Positions 11,412 through 19,355 of a stretch of 64,000 nt of DNA are shown in pieces. The stretch lies in NCBI GenBank assembly GCA_977020255.1, contig CDROCS010003739.1, positions 62,001 to 126,000 of the forward strand, read 5' to 3'. This stretch comes from Obrimoposthia wandeli (Eukaryota). Under the pieces are notes generated by a model that made no database searches, was not told the DNA's origin, and saw only the letters and a list, made by a program, of their open reading frames with translations. A program made the translations under genes and the position numbers. Position 1 is the first letter of the stretch. Every line of letters starts with the position of its first letter.

Positions 11412-11490
11412 AAGAATATCGCCAGTTTGGTTGGCTTTCAGTATAAGCCAAGTATGATACATGGTTTAGTCACAAAATAGGCAATATCGA

Positions 11491-12036
11491 ATGACAATCA
11501 GCGATCAGAATCTTATTTGGGTTGATTTAGAGATGACTGGCTTAGATCCAGAGATCCATCAAATCATTGAAATCGCAACTATCGTGACCGATGCTCAATT
11601 GAATATTTTAGCCGAAGGTCCAGTTTTAGCTATTCATCAGTCTGAAGCTGAATTAGCTAAAATGGATGATTGGTGCACAAATACACATACCAACAGTGGC
11701 TTGGTTGAGCGCATTCGTCAAAGTACGTTTACGGAAGAAGATGCGATCCGACAGACTATTGCGTTTTTAGAGCAATGGGTACCAAAAGGTGCATCGCCTA
11801 TTTGTGGCAACAGTATTGGTCAAGATCGTCGTTTCTTATATAAGCATATGCCTGAGCTAGAGCAGTACTTTCATTACCGCTATCTAGATGTAAGCACGAT
11901 TAAAGAGTTAACACGACGCTGGCAACCAGAGCTACTTGACGGCTTTTCTAAAAAGGGCAGCCATCTAGCGCTTGATGATATTTATGATTCAATCGCTGAG
12001 CTGCGCTACTATCGTGAGCATATTTTCACTATTTGA
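11491..12036 (+). CDS. orn: Oligoribonuclease
   Basis: [21 protein letters not shown] and H-x-ALDDI DEDDh motifs; divergent from rsgA. Confidence 0.96.
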   Translation: MTISDQNLIWVDLEMTGLDPEIHQIIEIATIVTDAQLNILAEGPVLAIHQSEAELAKMDDWCTNTHTNSGLVERIRQSTFTEEDAIRQTIAFLEQWVPKGASPICGNSIGQDRRFLYKHMPELEQYFHYRYLDVSTIKELTRRWQPELLDGFSKKGSHLALDDIYDSIAELRYYREHIFTI

Positions 12037-12086
12037 TGGTAAAATAAGCACTTGAAGAAAAATGTGCGGATTTTTATTTAGATCTA

Positions 12087-12122
12087 TTGCATCCGTCATT
12101 TTTCCTCGTATAATGCGCAGCC
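12087..12122 (+). promoter_or_regulatory. Stable-RNA-type sigma70 promoter of the tRNA operon
   Basis: TTGCAT(12087-92)-N16-TATAAT(12109-14), then GC-rich discriminator GCGCAGCC, with an A/T tract upstream; rrn P1-like architecture. Confidence 0.8.
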
Positions 12123-12165
12123 TCGAAAGGGAATAACGTGTTTGTTCCTTTTTGTGAAAATCGGA

Positions 12166-12182
12166 CGCGGGATGGAGCAGTT

Positions 12183-12216
<34 letters not shown>

Positions 12217-12242
12217 TGGTTCAAATCCAGCTCCCGCAACCA
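12166..12242 (+). tRNA. tRNA-fMet (CAT), copy 1
   Basis: 77 nt, C1xA72 mismatch, GGG/CCC anticodon stem, encoded CCA. Confidence 0.97.
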
Positions 12243-12265
12243 ACTTACTTGATATGTTCAAGTAT

Positions 12266-12341
12266 GCGACACTAGCTCAGCTGGTAGAGCGCAACCTTGC
12301 CAAGGTTGAGGTCACGAGTTCGAGCCTCGTGTGTCGCTCCA
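12266..12341 (+). tRNA. tRNA-Gly (GCC), copy 1
   Basis: 76-nt cloverleaf, CAACC-TTGCCAA-GGTTG, U73, CCA. Confidence 0.97.
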
Positions 12342-12424
12342 CTCTTTCTTATGAAAGAGCGTTTCATTGCTCAGGCGATGAAGCAAAAGTTGTTATCGTA
12401 CTTAACGGTGAGATATAAATCGGA

Positions 12425-12441
12425 CGCGGGATGGAGCAGTT

Positions 12442-12475
<34 letters not shown>

Positions 12476-12501
12476 TGGTTCAAATCCAGCTCCCGCAACC
12501 A
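12425..12501 (+). tRNA. tRNA-fMet (CAT), copy 2
   Basis: Identical to copy 1. Confidence 0.97.
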
Positions 12502-12532
12502 ATTTACTTGTTGAGAGACAAGGACCAGAGAT

Positions 12533-12608
12533 GCGACACTAGCTCAGCTGGTAGAGCGCAACCTTGCCAAGGTTGAGGTCACGAGTTCGAGCCTCGTGTG
12601 TCGCTCCA
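12533..12608 (+). tRNA. tRNA-Gly (GCC), copy 2
   Basis: Identical to copy 1. Confidence 0.97.
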
Positions 12609-12678
12609 AATTGATGTCATAGCGATAAGCTGTGAGATGATAGTTGTTACCGTACTTTAACGGTGAATATAAATCGGA

Positions 12679-12695
12679 CGCGGGATGGAGCAGTT

Positions 12696-12729
<34 letters not shown>

Positions 12730-12755
12730 TGGTTCAAATCCAGCTCTCGCAACCA
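12679..12755 (+). tRNA. tRNA-fMet (CAT), copy 3, G5.U68 variant
   Basis: Single C>T at 12747 turns an acceptor-stem G-C pair into G.U; otherwise intact. Confidence 0.93.
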
Positions 12756-12786
12756 ATTTACTTGTTGAGAGACAAGGACCAGAGAT

Positions 12787-12860
12787 GCGACACTAGCTCA
12801 GCTGGTAGAGCGCAACCTTTGCTGTTGAGGTCACGAGTTCGAGCCTCGTGTGTCGCTCCA
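12787..12860 (+). pseudogene. Degenerate tRNA-Gly, copy 3 (anticodon arm 2 nt short, GCC lost)
   Basis: CAACCTTGCCAAGGTTG is replaced by CAACCTTTGCTGTTG; 74 nt. Confidence 0.8.
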
Positions 12861-12930
12861 AATTGATGTCATAGCGATAAGCTGTGAGATGATAGTTGTT
12901 ACCGTACTTTAACGGTGAATATAAATCGGA

Positions 12931-12947
12931 CGCGGGATGGAGCAGTT

Positions 12948-12981
<34 letters not shown>

Positions 12982-13007
12982 TGGTTCAAATCCAGCTCCC
13001 GCAACCA
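12931..13007 (+). tRNA. tRNA-fMet (CAT), copy 4
   Basis: Identical to copy 1. Confidence 0.97.
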
Positions 13008-13038
13008 ATTTACTTGTTGAGAGACAAGAACCAGAAAT

Positions 13039-13114
13039 GCGACACTAGCTTAGCTGGTAAAGCTCAAGCTTTGCAAAGTTCAGGTTGCGCGCTCGAGCCT
13101 CGTGTGTCGCTCCA
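13039..13114 (+). pseudogene. Degenerate tRNA-Gly, copy 4 (12 substitutions, nominal anticodon TGC)
   Basis: Substitutions at tRNA positions 13, 22, 26, 30, 34, 35, 39, 43, 48, 49, 52, 54; acceptor stem and CCA intact. Confidence 0.8.
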
Positions 13115-13183
13115 AATTGATGTCATAGCGATAGCTGTGAGATGATAGTTGTTACCGTACTTTAACGGTGAATATAAATCGGA

Positions 13184-13200
13184 CGCGGGATGGAGCAGTT

Positions 13201-13234
<34 letters not shown>

Positions 13235-13260
13235 TGGTTCAAATCCAGCTCCCGCAACCA
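13184..13260 (+). tRNA. tRNA-fMet (CAT), copy 5
   Basis: Identical to copy 1. Confidence 0.97.
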
Positions 13261-13291
13261 ATTTACTTGTTGAGAGACAAGGACCAGAGAT

Positions 13292-13367
13292 GCGACACTA
13301 GCTCAGCTGGTAGAGCGCAACCTTGCCAAGGTTGAGGTCACGAGTTCGAGCCTCGTGTGTCGCTCCA
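13292..13367 (+). tRNA. tRNA-Gly (GCC), copy 5
   Basis: Intact, identical to copy 1. Confidence 0.97.
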
Positions 13368-13436
13368 AATTGATGTCATAGCGATAGCTGTGAGATGATA
13401 GTTGTTACCGTACTTTAACGGTGAATATAAATCGGA

Positions 13437-13453
13437 CGCGGGATGGAGCAGTT

Positions 13454-13487
<34 letters not shown>

Positions 13488-13513
13488 TGGTTCAAATCCA
13501 GCTCCCGCAACCA
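13437..13513 (+). tRNA. tRNA-fMet (CAT), copy 6
   Basis: Identical to copy 1. Confidence 0.97.
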
Positions 13514-13544
13514 ATTTACTTGTTGAGAGGCAAGAACCAGAGAT

Positions 13545-13619
13545 GCGACACTAGCTCAGCTGGTAGAGCGCAACCTTACCAGGTTGAGGTCACGAGTTCG
13601 AGCCTCGTGTGTCGCTCCA
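13545..13619 (+). pseudogene. Variant tRNA-Gly, copy 6 (6-nt anticodon loop TTACCA)
   Basis: CAACC-TTACCA-GGTTG: G34>A plus loss of one A; 75 nt. Confidence 0.75.
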
Positions 13620-13689
13620 AATTGATGTCATAGCGATAAGCTGTGAGATGATAGTTGTTACCGTACTTTAACGGTGAATATAAATCGGA

Positions 13690-13706
13690 CGCGGGATGGA
13701 GCAGTT

Positions 13707-13740
<34 letters not shown>

Positions 13741-13766
13741 TGGTTCAAATCCAGCTCCCGCAACCA
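13690..13766 (+). tRNA. tRNA-fMet (CAT), copy 7
   Basis: Identical to copy 1. Confidence 0.97.
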
Positions 13767-13797
13767 ATTTACTTGTTGAGAGGCAAGGACCAGAGAT

Positions 13798-13873
13798 GCG
13801 ACACTAGCTCAGCTGGTAGAGCGCAACCTTGCCAAGGTTGAGGTCACGAGTTCGAGCCTCGTGTGTCGCTCCA
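13798..13873 (+). tRNA. tRNA-Gly (GCC), copy 7
   Basis: Intact. Confidence 0.97.
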
Positions 13874-13943
13874 AATTGATGTCATAGCGATAAGCTGTGA
13901 GATGATAGTTGTTACCGTACTTTAACGGTGAATATAAATCGGA

Positions 13944-13960
13944 CGCGGGATGGAGCAGTT

Positions 13961-13994
<34 letters not shown>

Positions 13995-14020
13995 TGGTTC
14001 AAATCCAGCTCCCGCAACCA
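13944..14020 (+). tRNA. tRNA-fMet (CAT), copy 8
   Basis: Identical to copy 1. Confidence 0.97.
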
Positions 14021-14051
14021 ATTTACTTGTTGAGAGGCAAGAACCAGAAAT

Positions 14052-14127
14052 GCGACACTAGCTCAGCTGGTAGAGCGCAACCTTGCCAAGGTTGAGGTCA
14101 CGAGTTCGAGCCTCGTGTGTCGCTCCA
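14052..14127 (+). tRNA. tRNA-Gly (GCC), copy 8
   Basis: Intact. Confidence 0.97.
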
Positions 14128-14197
14128 AATTGATGTCATAGCGATAAGCTGTGAGATGATAGTTGTTACCGTACTTTAACGGTGAATATAAATCGGA

Positions 14198-14214
14198 CGC
14201 GGGATGGAGCAGTT

Positions 14215-14248
<34 letters not shown>

Positions 14249-14274
14249 TGGTTCAAATCCAGCTCCCGCAACCA
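14198..14274 (+). tRNA. tRNA-fMet (CAT), copy 9
   Basis: Identical to copy 1. Confidence 0.97.
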
Positions 14275-14305
14275 ATTTACTTGTTGAGAGACAAGGACCA
14301 GAGAT

Positions 14306-14381
14306 GCGACACTAGCTCAGCTGGTAGAGCGCAACCTTGCCAAGGTTGAGGTCACGAGTTCGAGCCTCGTGTGTCGCTCCA
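14306..14381 (+). tRNA. tRNA-Gly (GCC), copy 9
   Basis: Intact. Confidence 0.97.
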
Positions 14382-14451
14382 AATTGATGTCATAGCGATA
14401 AGCTGTGAGATGATAGTTGTTACCGTACTTTAACGGTGAATATAAATCGGA

Positions 14452-14468
14452 CGCGGGATGGAGCAGTT

Positions 14469-14502
<34 letters not shown>

Positions 14503-14528
14503 TGGTTCAAATCCAGCTCCCGCAACCA
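14452..14528 (+). tRNA. tRNA-fMet (CAT), copy 10
   Basis: Identical to copy 1. Confidence 0.97.
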
Positions 14529-14559
14529 ATTTACTTGTTGAGAGACAAGGACCAGAGAT

Positions 14560-14635
14560 GCGACACTAGCTCAGCTGGTAGAGCGCAACCTTGCCAAGGT
14601 TGAGGTCACGAGTTCGAGCCTCGTGTGTCGCTCCA
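14560..14635 (+). tRNA. tRNA-Gly (GCC), copy 10
   Basis: Intact. Confidence 0.97.
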
Positions 14636-14693
14636 AATTGATAGGTTATTGCTCTTGCAGTGATGACCGGAAGGTGAAAAACTTCCATGTGAT

Positions 14694-14769
14694 GCGACAC
14701 TAGCTCAGCTGGTAGAGCGCAACCTTGCCAAGGTTGAGGTCACGAGTTCGAGCCTCGTGTGTCGCTCCA
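14694..14769 (+). tRNA. tRNA-Gly (GCC), copy 11 (Gly-Gly doublet breaking the alternation)
   Basis: Intact; flanked by unique spacers. Confidence 0.97.
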
Positions 14770-14831
14770 AATTCTTCTTCTTCGGAAGAGATAAGTTTTC
14801 ATCGTACTTTGAACGGTGAGTATAAATCGGA

Positions 14832-14848
14832 CGCGGGATGGAGCAGTT

Positions 14849-14882
<34 letters not shown>

Positions 14883-14908
14883 TGGTTCAAATCCAGCTCC
14901 CGCAACCA
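14832..14908 (+). tRNA. tRNA-fMet (CAT), copy 11
   Basis: Identical to copy 1. Confidence 0.97.
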
Positions 14909-14939
14909 ATTTACTTGTTGAGAGACAAGGACCAGAAAT

Positions 14940-15029
14940 GCGACACTAGCTCAGCTGGTAGAGCGCAACCTTGCCAAGGTTGAGGTCACGCCAGTTCCTT
15001 GAAGATCAGGAGCCTCGTGTGTCGCTCCA
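14940..15029 (+). pseudogene. tRNA-Gly, copy 12, with +14 nt in the T arm
   Basis: ACG-AGTTCG-AGCC is replaced by ACG-CCAGTTCCTTGAAGATCAGG-AGCC; 90 nt; GCC anticodon intact. Confidence 0.8.
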
Positions 15030-15099
15030 AATTGATGTCATAGCGATAAGTTGTGAGATGATAGTTGTTACCGTACTTTAACGGTGAATATAAATCGGA

Positions 15100-15116
15100 C
15101 GCGGGATGGAGCAGTT

Positions 15117-15150
<34 letters not shown>

Positions 15151-15176
15151 TGGTTCAAATCCAGCTCCCGCAACCA
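15100..15176 (+). tRNA. tRNA-fMet (CAT), copy 12
   Basis: Identical to copy 1. Confidence 0.97.
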
Positions 15177-15383
15177 ATTTACTTGTTGAGAGACAAGACA
15201 TGCAATACTCATATAATGAGTTAAGCATACCTACTACTGGGAAGTAGTAGCACAATGTAGCATTCCTGGATTTATCGATTACCGACAATCTAGTGTGTTG
15301 CCTCAAAGCGCTTTTAAACATTGGTTTAAAAGACCATAGGAAGCAATCAGCTTCAATACATCATCTTAGTTTCTATATCAGCA

Positions 15384-15408
15384 CAGCCTCTATGAGGTTG
15401 GTTTTTTT
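15384..15408 (+). terminator. Terminator of the tRNA operon
   Basis: cagcctc-tat-gaggttg followed by gttttttt. Confidence 0.7.
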
Positions 15409-15611
15409 ATCTGATAAAAAGCAAATAAGATGCGCTGTAGTCACCAATCCTGTGAAGCATTGGTATCAAAATACGGTATAAGCCTTTCATAGCATCGCTA
15501 TACTAAAGAGTTTGTAATACGTATCGGCTCTCATTTATCCAGATCATAAAGCAGTATGGAAACCTATGTTTTCAGGCTTTATACCCTTATTGTTAAGTGA
15601 AAAGTAGCGCT

Positions 15612-15955
15612 TAATTCACAGAGTTATCCACAAAAAATAATCTGTGGGTAAGTCAGTTGATTACATGTGCTGATGCAGTGTGAATAACTCTATATCCCCC
15701 CTTGATTCCCCTTTTTTTTTAATTATCCACAAACTGATTATTAACAGGCTAACATACTGTTTTATATGGTCTAGTTGCCAGTTTTATTACACTTATATAC
15801 AGCTTGATCAGTATGCTTATTTATGGGGTTAATAGACTGAATTTTTTATCCACCACCTGTGTTTAATATTTAAGAAGCAGGTAGGAAAGAGAAGTGTTGA
15901 AAATGTTTTCCACATTCACTAAGAATGTAGGCTACCTCTCATTTTGTGTGTATAA
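15612..15955. promoter_or_regulatory. datA: DnaA-box cluster, datA-like locus
   Basis: Perfect TTWTNCACA at 15624(+), 15679(-), 15723(+), 15906(+), 15947(-); one-mismatch boxes at 15612, 15643(-), 15793, 15846. Lies between the tRNA-Gly(GCC) cluster and the queG 3' end, as E. coli datA does. Confidence 0.75.
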
Positions 15956-15998
15956 CTTCAGTGTATTACAGTATGCGGGCTTGTGATTTTGAGTATTG

Positions 15999-17132
15999 CT
16001 AAGCGTCTCGTGGAAGACCTTTCTCGACAATGCGAACTAACCTTTTCGTGTTTGATGGTAGTACATCAATCGCATTCTTGGCGTATTTGTTATGTTGCTT
16101 TTTGATTGCCCACTGAATATGTATATCGAGTATCTTATTAAGGGCTAATCGACTGTTTAACGCTTCAAGAATGTCTTCGTTATAAGGTGCGTTACCCATT
16201 GCTATCGCGATGTTTCGTAGCCATTGGATATGACCGATACGACGAATAGCTGAGCCTTCAGTATTCTTTAGGAATGTTGCTTCATTCCATAAAAATAGTG
16301 TTGTTAAGTCTTGTTGATACAAGTTGTCTCGGCAGTGATAATCCGTTTCTTGCGTGATTTCACCGTTGCGGCTAAATGGGCAGACTAACTGACAATCATC
16401 ACAACCGTATATACGGTTTCCTATCTTCTCTCTTAATTCCTCTGGTATTACACCATCAAATTCAATCGTTAAATAAGAAATACAGCGTCGTGCATCGACA
16501 ATACCTTCTTCAATAATGGCGCCGGTTGGGCAGCTTGTTATGCAGGCAACACATTTACCACATTGGTTCTCTTGAGGTGTATCGACGGGAAGTGGCAGAT
16601 CAATTAGCAATTCGCCAAGAAAGAACCAAGAGCCACTATCACTGTTTAGAATCAATGAATGTTTCCCCGTCCAGCCTAGTCCTGCTTTTTCAGCTAATGG
16701 GCGCTCTAGAATGGGGGCAGAGTCTACAAACGGGCGATACCCAAATTGACCTACTTCCTTTTCGATTCGTTGACCAAGCTGTTTAAGGCGATTACGAATG
16801 AGCTTGTGATAATCGCGCCCTAAAGAGTAACGACTAATATAAGCTTTAAGCGGTTGTTTAAGTGTTTGAGCAAATCCAGCCTCAGGAGGCAGGTAATTCA
16901 TTCTTACACTGATCACGCGAACGGTATTTGGCAGTAATTCAGCTGGGCGGGCACGCATCATACCGTGGCGTGCCATCCAATCCATCTCACCGTGGTATCC
17001 TGCATCTAGCCAGCGTTGTAGCTGGGCTTCATGTTTTTGCAGATCAACATCGCAGATCCCGACTTCTTGGAATCCTAGCTCTTTTCCCCATAGCTTTATT
17101 TGCTGAGTGAGTGCGGTGTAATCAATGCTCAT
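15999..17132 (-). CDS. queG: Epoxyqueuosine reductase
   Basis: YSLGRDYHK, FVDSAPILER, CGKCVACITSCPTGA and YGCDDCQLVCP 4Fe-4S motifs. Confidence 0.95.
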   Translation of the reverse strand: MSIDYTALTQQIKLWGKELGFQEVGICDVDLQKHEAQLQRWLDAGYHGEMDWMARHGMMRARPAELLPNTVRVISVRMNYLPPEAGFAQTLKQPLKAYISRYSLGRDYHKLIRNRLKQLGQRIEKEVGQFGYRPFVDSAPILERPLAEKAGLGWTGKHSLILNSDSGSWFFLGELLIDLPLPVDTPQENQCGKCVACITSCPTGAIIEEGIVDARRCISYLTIEFDGVIPEELREKIGNRIYGCDDCQLVCPFSRNGEITQETDYHCRDNLYQQDLTTLFLWNEATFLKNTEGSAIRRIGHIQWLRNIAIAMGNAPYNEDILEALNSRLALNKILDIHIQWAIKKQHNKYAKNAIDVLPSNTKRLVRIVEKGLPRDA

Positions 17133-17390
17133 GATAATTAGAGAATAGCCGTAAATTATGGGGTGCGAAGTGTATCACATAACATTAAAACCAAAAGGGC
17201 TAGAACGGAAGAAAGAGTCAGGTGGGATATATTCAAGGTTTTGACTGTTTTTCTCGTTTAATGCTGAATTTTTTTTATACTTAGTCATTAACATAAAGCC
17301 TCAGCCGTTTTAGTGTGTTTCTATTAATATGTCTCCATCGTTATGGTGAAGCCCCCATACACTTTGCGATAAATTAGAAGGCAGGTAATA

Positions 17391-18878
17391 ATGATTGCGC
17401 AGCTACCAACAAAGCTATATCGATCAGAACAAGTACGTAACGGCGAAAAAGCCGCGGCAAAAATACGGCATATCGATATGTACGAGCTTATGGAGCGTGC
17501 AGGTCAAGCTGTGTTTATTACCTTAAAGAAATGCTACCCAGTAGCACGATCGATAACGGTTTGCTGCGGAGGCGGAAATAATGGTGGTGATGGTTACATT
17601 GTTGCCCGTTTAGCACTTCAAGCTGGTTTAGACGTGCAACTGTTACAACTTGATGCAGCCAAAGCATTAATGGGGGATGCCGCTAGAGCGCGAGACGCGT
17701 GGTTAGCCGCTGGCGGTAAAATTGAGACGTTTTCTGATACAGCGACATTTACTTCAACAGATGTCATCATCGATGCTGTATTAGGCACAGGGCTAAGTGG
17801 AGCGGTACGAACGAATATCGCTCGCCATATCGAAATGATGAATCAAGCCAGTAAACCGATTATTGCCGTTGATGTTCCTTCAGGGCTTTGCGCTGATACT
17901 GGTGCTATGCTTGGCATTGCGATTAATGCGACGTTAACGGTGACTTTCATTGGTATAAAACAAGGGTTGTGTACTGGTCAAGCTGGTCATCACTGTGGTG
18001 AACTATTGTATGCCGACCTTGAATTGGAGAGTACTTTTTCAGCCATTGAAAAACCAGCCGCATTCCGTGTAGAACACAATTATGTTAAACAATGTTTACC
18101 TGTACGGCATCGTTCAGCACATAAAGGATCTTATGGTCGGGTATTGTGTGTCGGTGGGGACATTGGCATGACAGGGGCGATTCGTTTAGCTGCAGAAGCA
18201 TGCGCTAGAACAGGCGCTGGACTGTCAGCTGTTATCACACAACCTGACAATATTTTGTCAATCGTAACCACAAGACCTGAAATAATGGTACAAGGTTGGT
18301 CTGAAAAAGCCCATAAGAGCATTTCAAGAGTCGAATGGGCGGATGTTGTCGTATTGGGACCAGGGCTAGGAACGAGTAATTGGAGTAAAGCCTTATTCGA
18401 TATTGTACGATCAACAGAAAAAAAGACGGTATTTGATGCAGATGGATTGAACTTATTAGCACAATCACCAGACTATAAAAAGAATCGTATAATAACGCCC
18501 CACCCAGGTGAAGCCGCGCGTTTATTAAATATAACTATTCATGAAGTTGAACGTGACCGTTTTGCTGCTGTGCGAAAATTGCAACAAAAGTATGGCGGTG
18601 TGGTGGTATTAAAAGGCGCTGGCACCCTTATTTTTGATGGGCAGCAACTTTGGGTTTGTACTGCTGGGAATCCAGGAATGGCAACGGGTGGTATGGGCGA
18701 TGTACTATCAGGTATTATTGGCGCGTTATTAGGACAGGGATTATCCTTGGCTGATGCTGCCTGTGTAGGCGTATGGATCCACAGTAAATCGGCAGATTTA
18801 TGCGCTCAAAAGGGAGAGCGTGGTATGCTGGCAAGTGATCTCTTTCCGTATATTCGGCAATTAATAAACCCAAGATAA
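17391..18878 (+). CDS. nnr: Bifunctional NAD(P)H-hydrate epimerase/dehydratase
   Basis: YjeF-N ([23 protein letters not shown]) plus carbohydrate-kinase domain ([25 protein letters not shown]). Confidence 0.95.
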   Translation: MIAQLPTKLYRSEQVRNGEKAAAKIRHIDMYELMERAGQAVFITLKKCYPVARSITVCCGGGNNGGDGYIVARLALQAGLDVQLLQLDAAKALMGDAARARDAWLAAGGKIETFSDTATFTSTDVIIDAVLGTGLSGAVRTNIARHIEMMNQASKPIIAVDVPSGLCADTGAMLGIAINATLTVTFIGIKQGLCTGQAGHHCGELLYADLELESTFSAIEKPAAFRVEHNYVKQCLPVRHRSAHKGSYGRVLCVGGDIGMTGAIRLAAEACARTGAGLSAVITQPDNILSIVTTRPEIMVQGWSEKAHKSISRVEWADVVVLGPGLGTSNWSKALFDIVRSTEKKTVFDADGLNLLAQSPDYKKNRIITPHPGEAARLLNITIHEVERDRFAAVRKLQQKYGGVVVLKGAGTLIFDGQQLWVCTAGNPGMATGGMGDVLSGIIGALLGQGLSLADAACVGVWIHSKSADLCAQKGERGMLASDLFPYIRQLINPR

Positions 18879-18886
18879 AGATAATA

Positions 18887-19351
18887 ATGCAAAAATTTGA
18901 AACCTTTCTTGCTGATGAGCAGGCAACAGTAGATTTAGGCCTTTGCCTTGCTAAGGCATGTGAACGCCAAACAACGATTTATCTTCATGGTGATCTTGGC
19001 GCAGGTAAAACAACGTTTAGCCGTGGTTTTATTCGTGCTTTAGGGCATAAGGGGAATGTTAAAAGCCCTACTTATACCTTGGTTGAACCGTATGCGTTAC
19101 CACCTTGGCAAGTGTATCATTTCGATTTATATCGTCTTGCTGATCCTGAAGAATTGGAATTTATGGGGATCCGAGACTATTTTACAAACGATGCAATTTG
19201 TTTAGTGGAATGGCCTGAAAAAGGACAAGGCTTCTTACCTGAGCCTGATGTCGACCTAGAATTACGCTATCAAGGTGAACAACGACAAGTAACGATTACA
19301 GCCAATAATGAATATGGCTGCATGTTGATTAAGCGTTTGGAGATGTGTTGA
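18887..19351 (+). CDS. tsaE: t6A biosynthesis ATPase
   Basis: [28 protein letters not shown]. Confidence 0.96.
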   Translation: MQKFETFLADEQATVDLGLCLAKACERQTTIYLHGDLGAGKTTFSRGFIRALGHKGNVKSPTYTLVEPYALPPWQVYHFDLYRLADPEELEFMGIRDYFTNDAICLVEWPEKGQGFLPEPDVDLELRYQGEQRQVTITANNEYGCMLIKRLEMC

Positions 19352-19355
19352 TAGG

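Larger units (their letters stand above)
12166..15176 (+). repeat. Tandem tRNA-fMet/tRNA-Gly array; ~252-254 bp unit, 24 tRNA-like genes
   Basis: fMet starts at 12425, 12679, 12931, 13184, 13437, 13690, 13944, 14198 and 14452 are 252-254 bp apart with near-identical spacers. Confidence 0.95.

Noticed and set aside
12166-15176. CRISPR array or integron cassette array
   Set aside because: The repeats are full tRNA genes with near-identical spacers; there are no unique spacers, attC sites, cas genes or integrase.
12182-15481. ORF-track ORFs at 12182, 12297, 14705, 14725, 15065, 15133 and 15293
   Set aside because: They are translations of tRNA genes, spacers and the trailer, with no RBS or protein-like composition.
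15612-15955. Replication origin (oriC)
   Set aside because: Only two GATC sites are visible, there are no 13-mer DUE repeats, and the flanks are tRNA/queG rather than gidA/mioC; datA synteny fits better.
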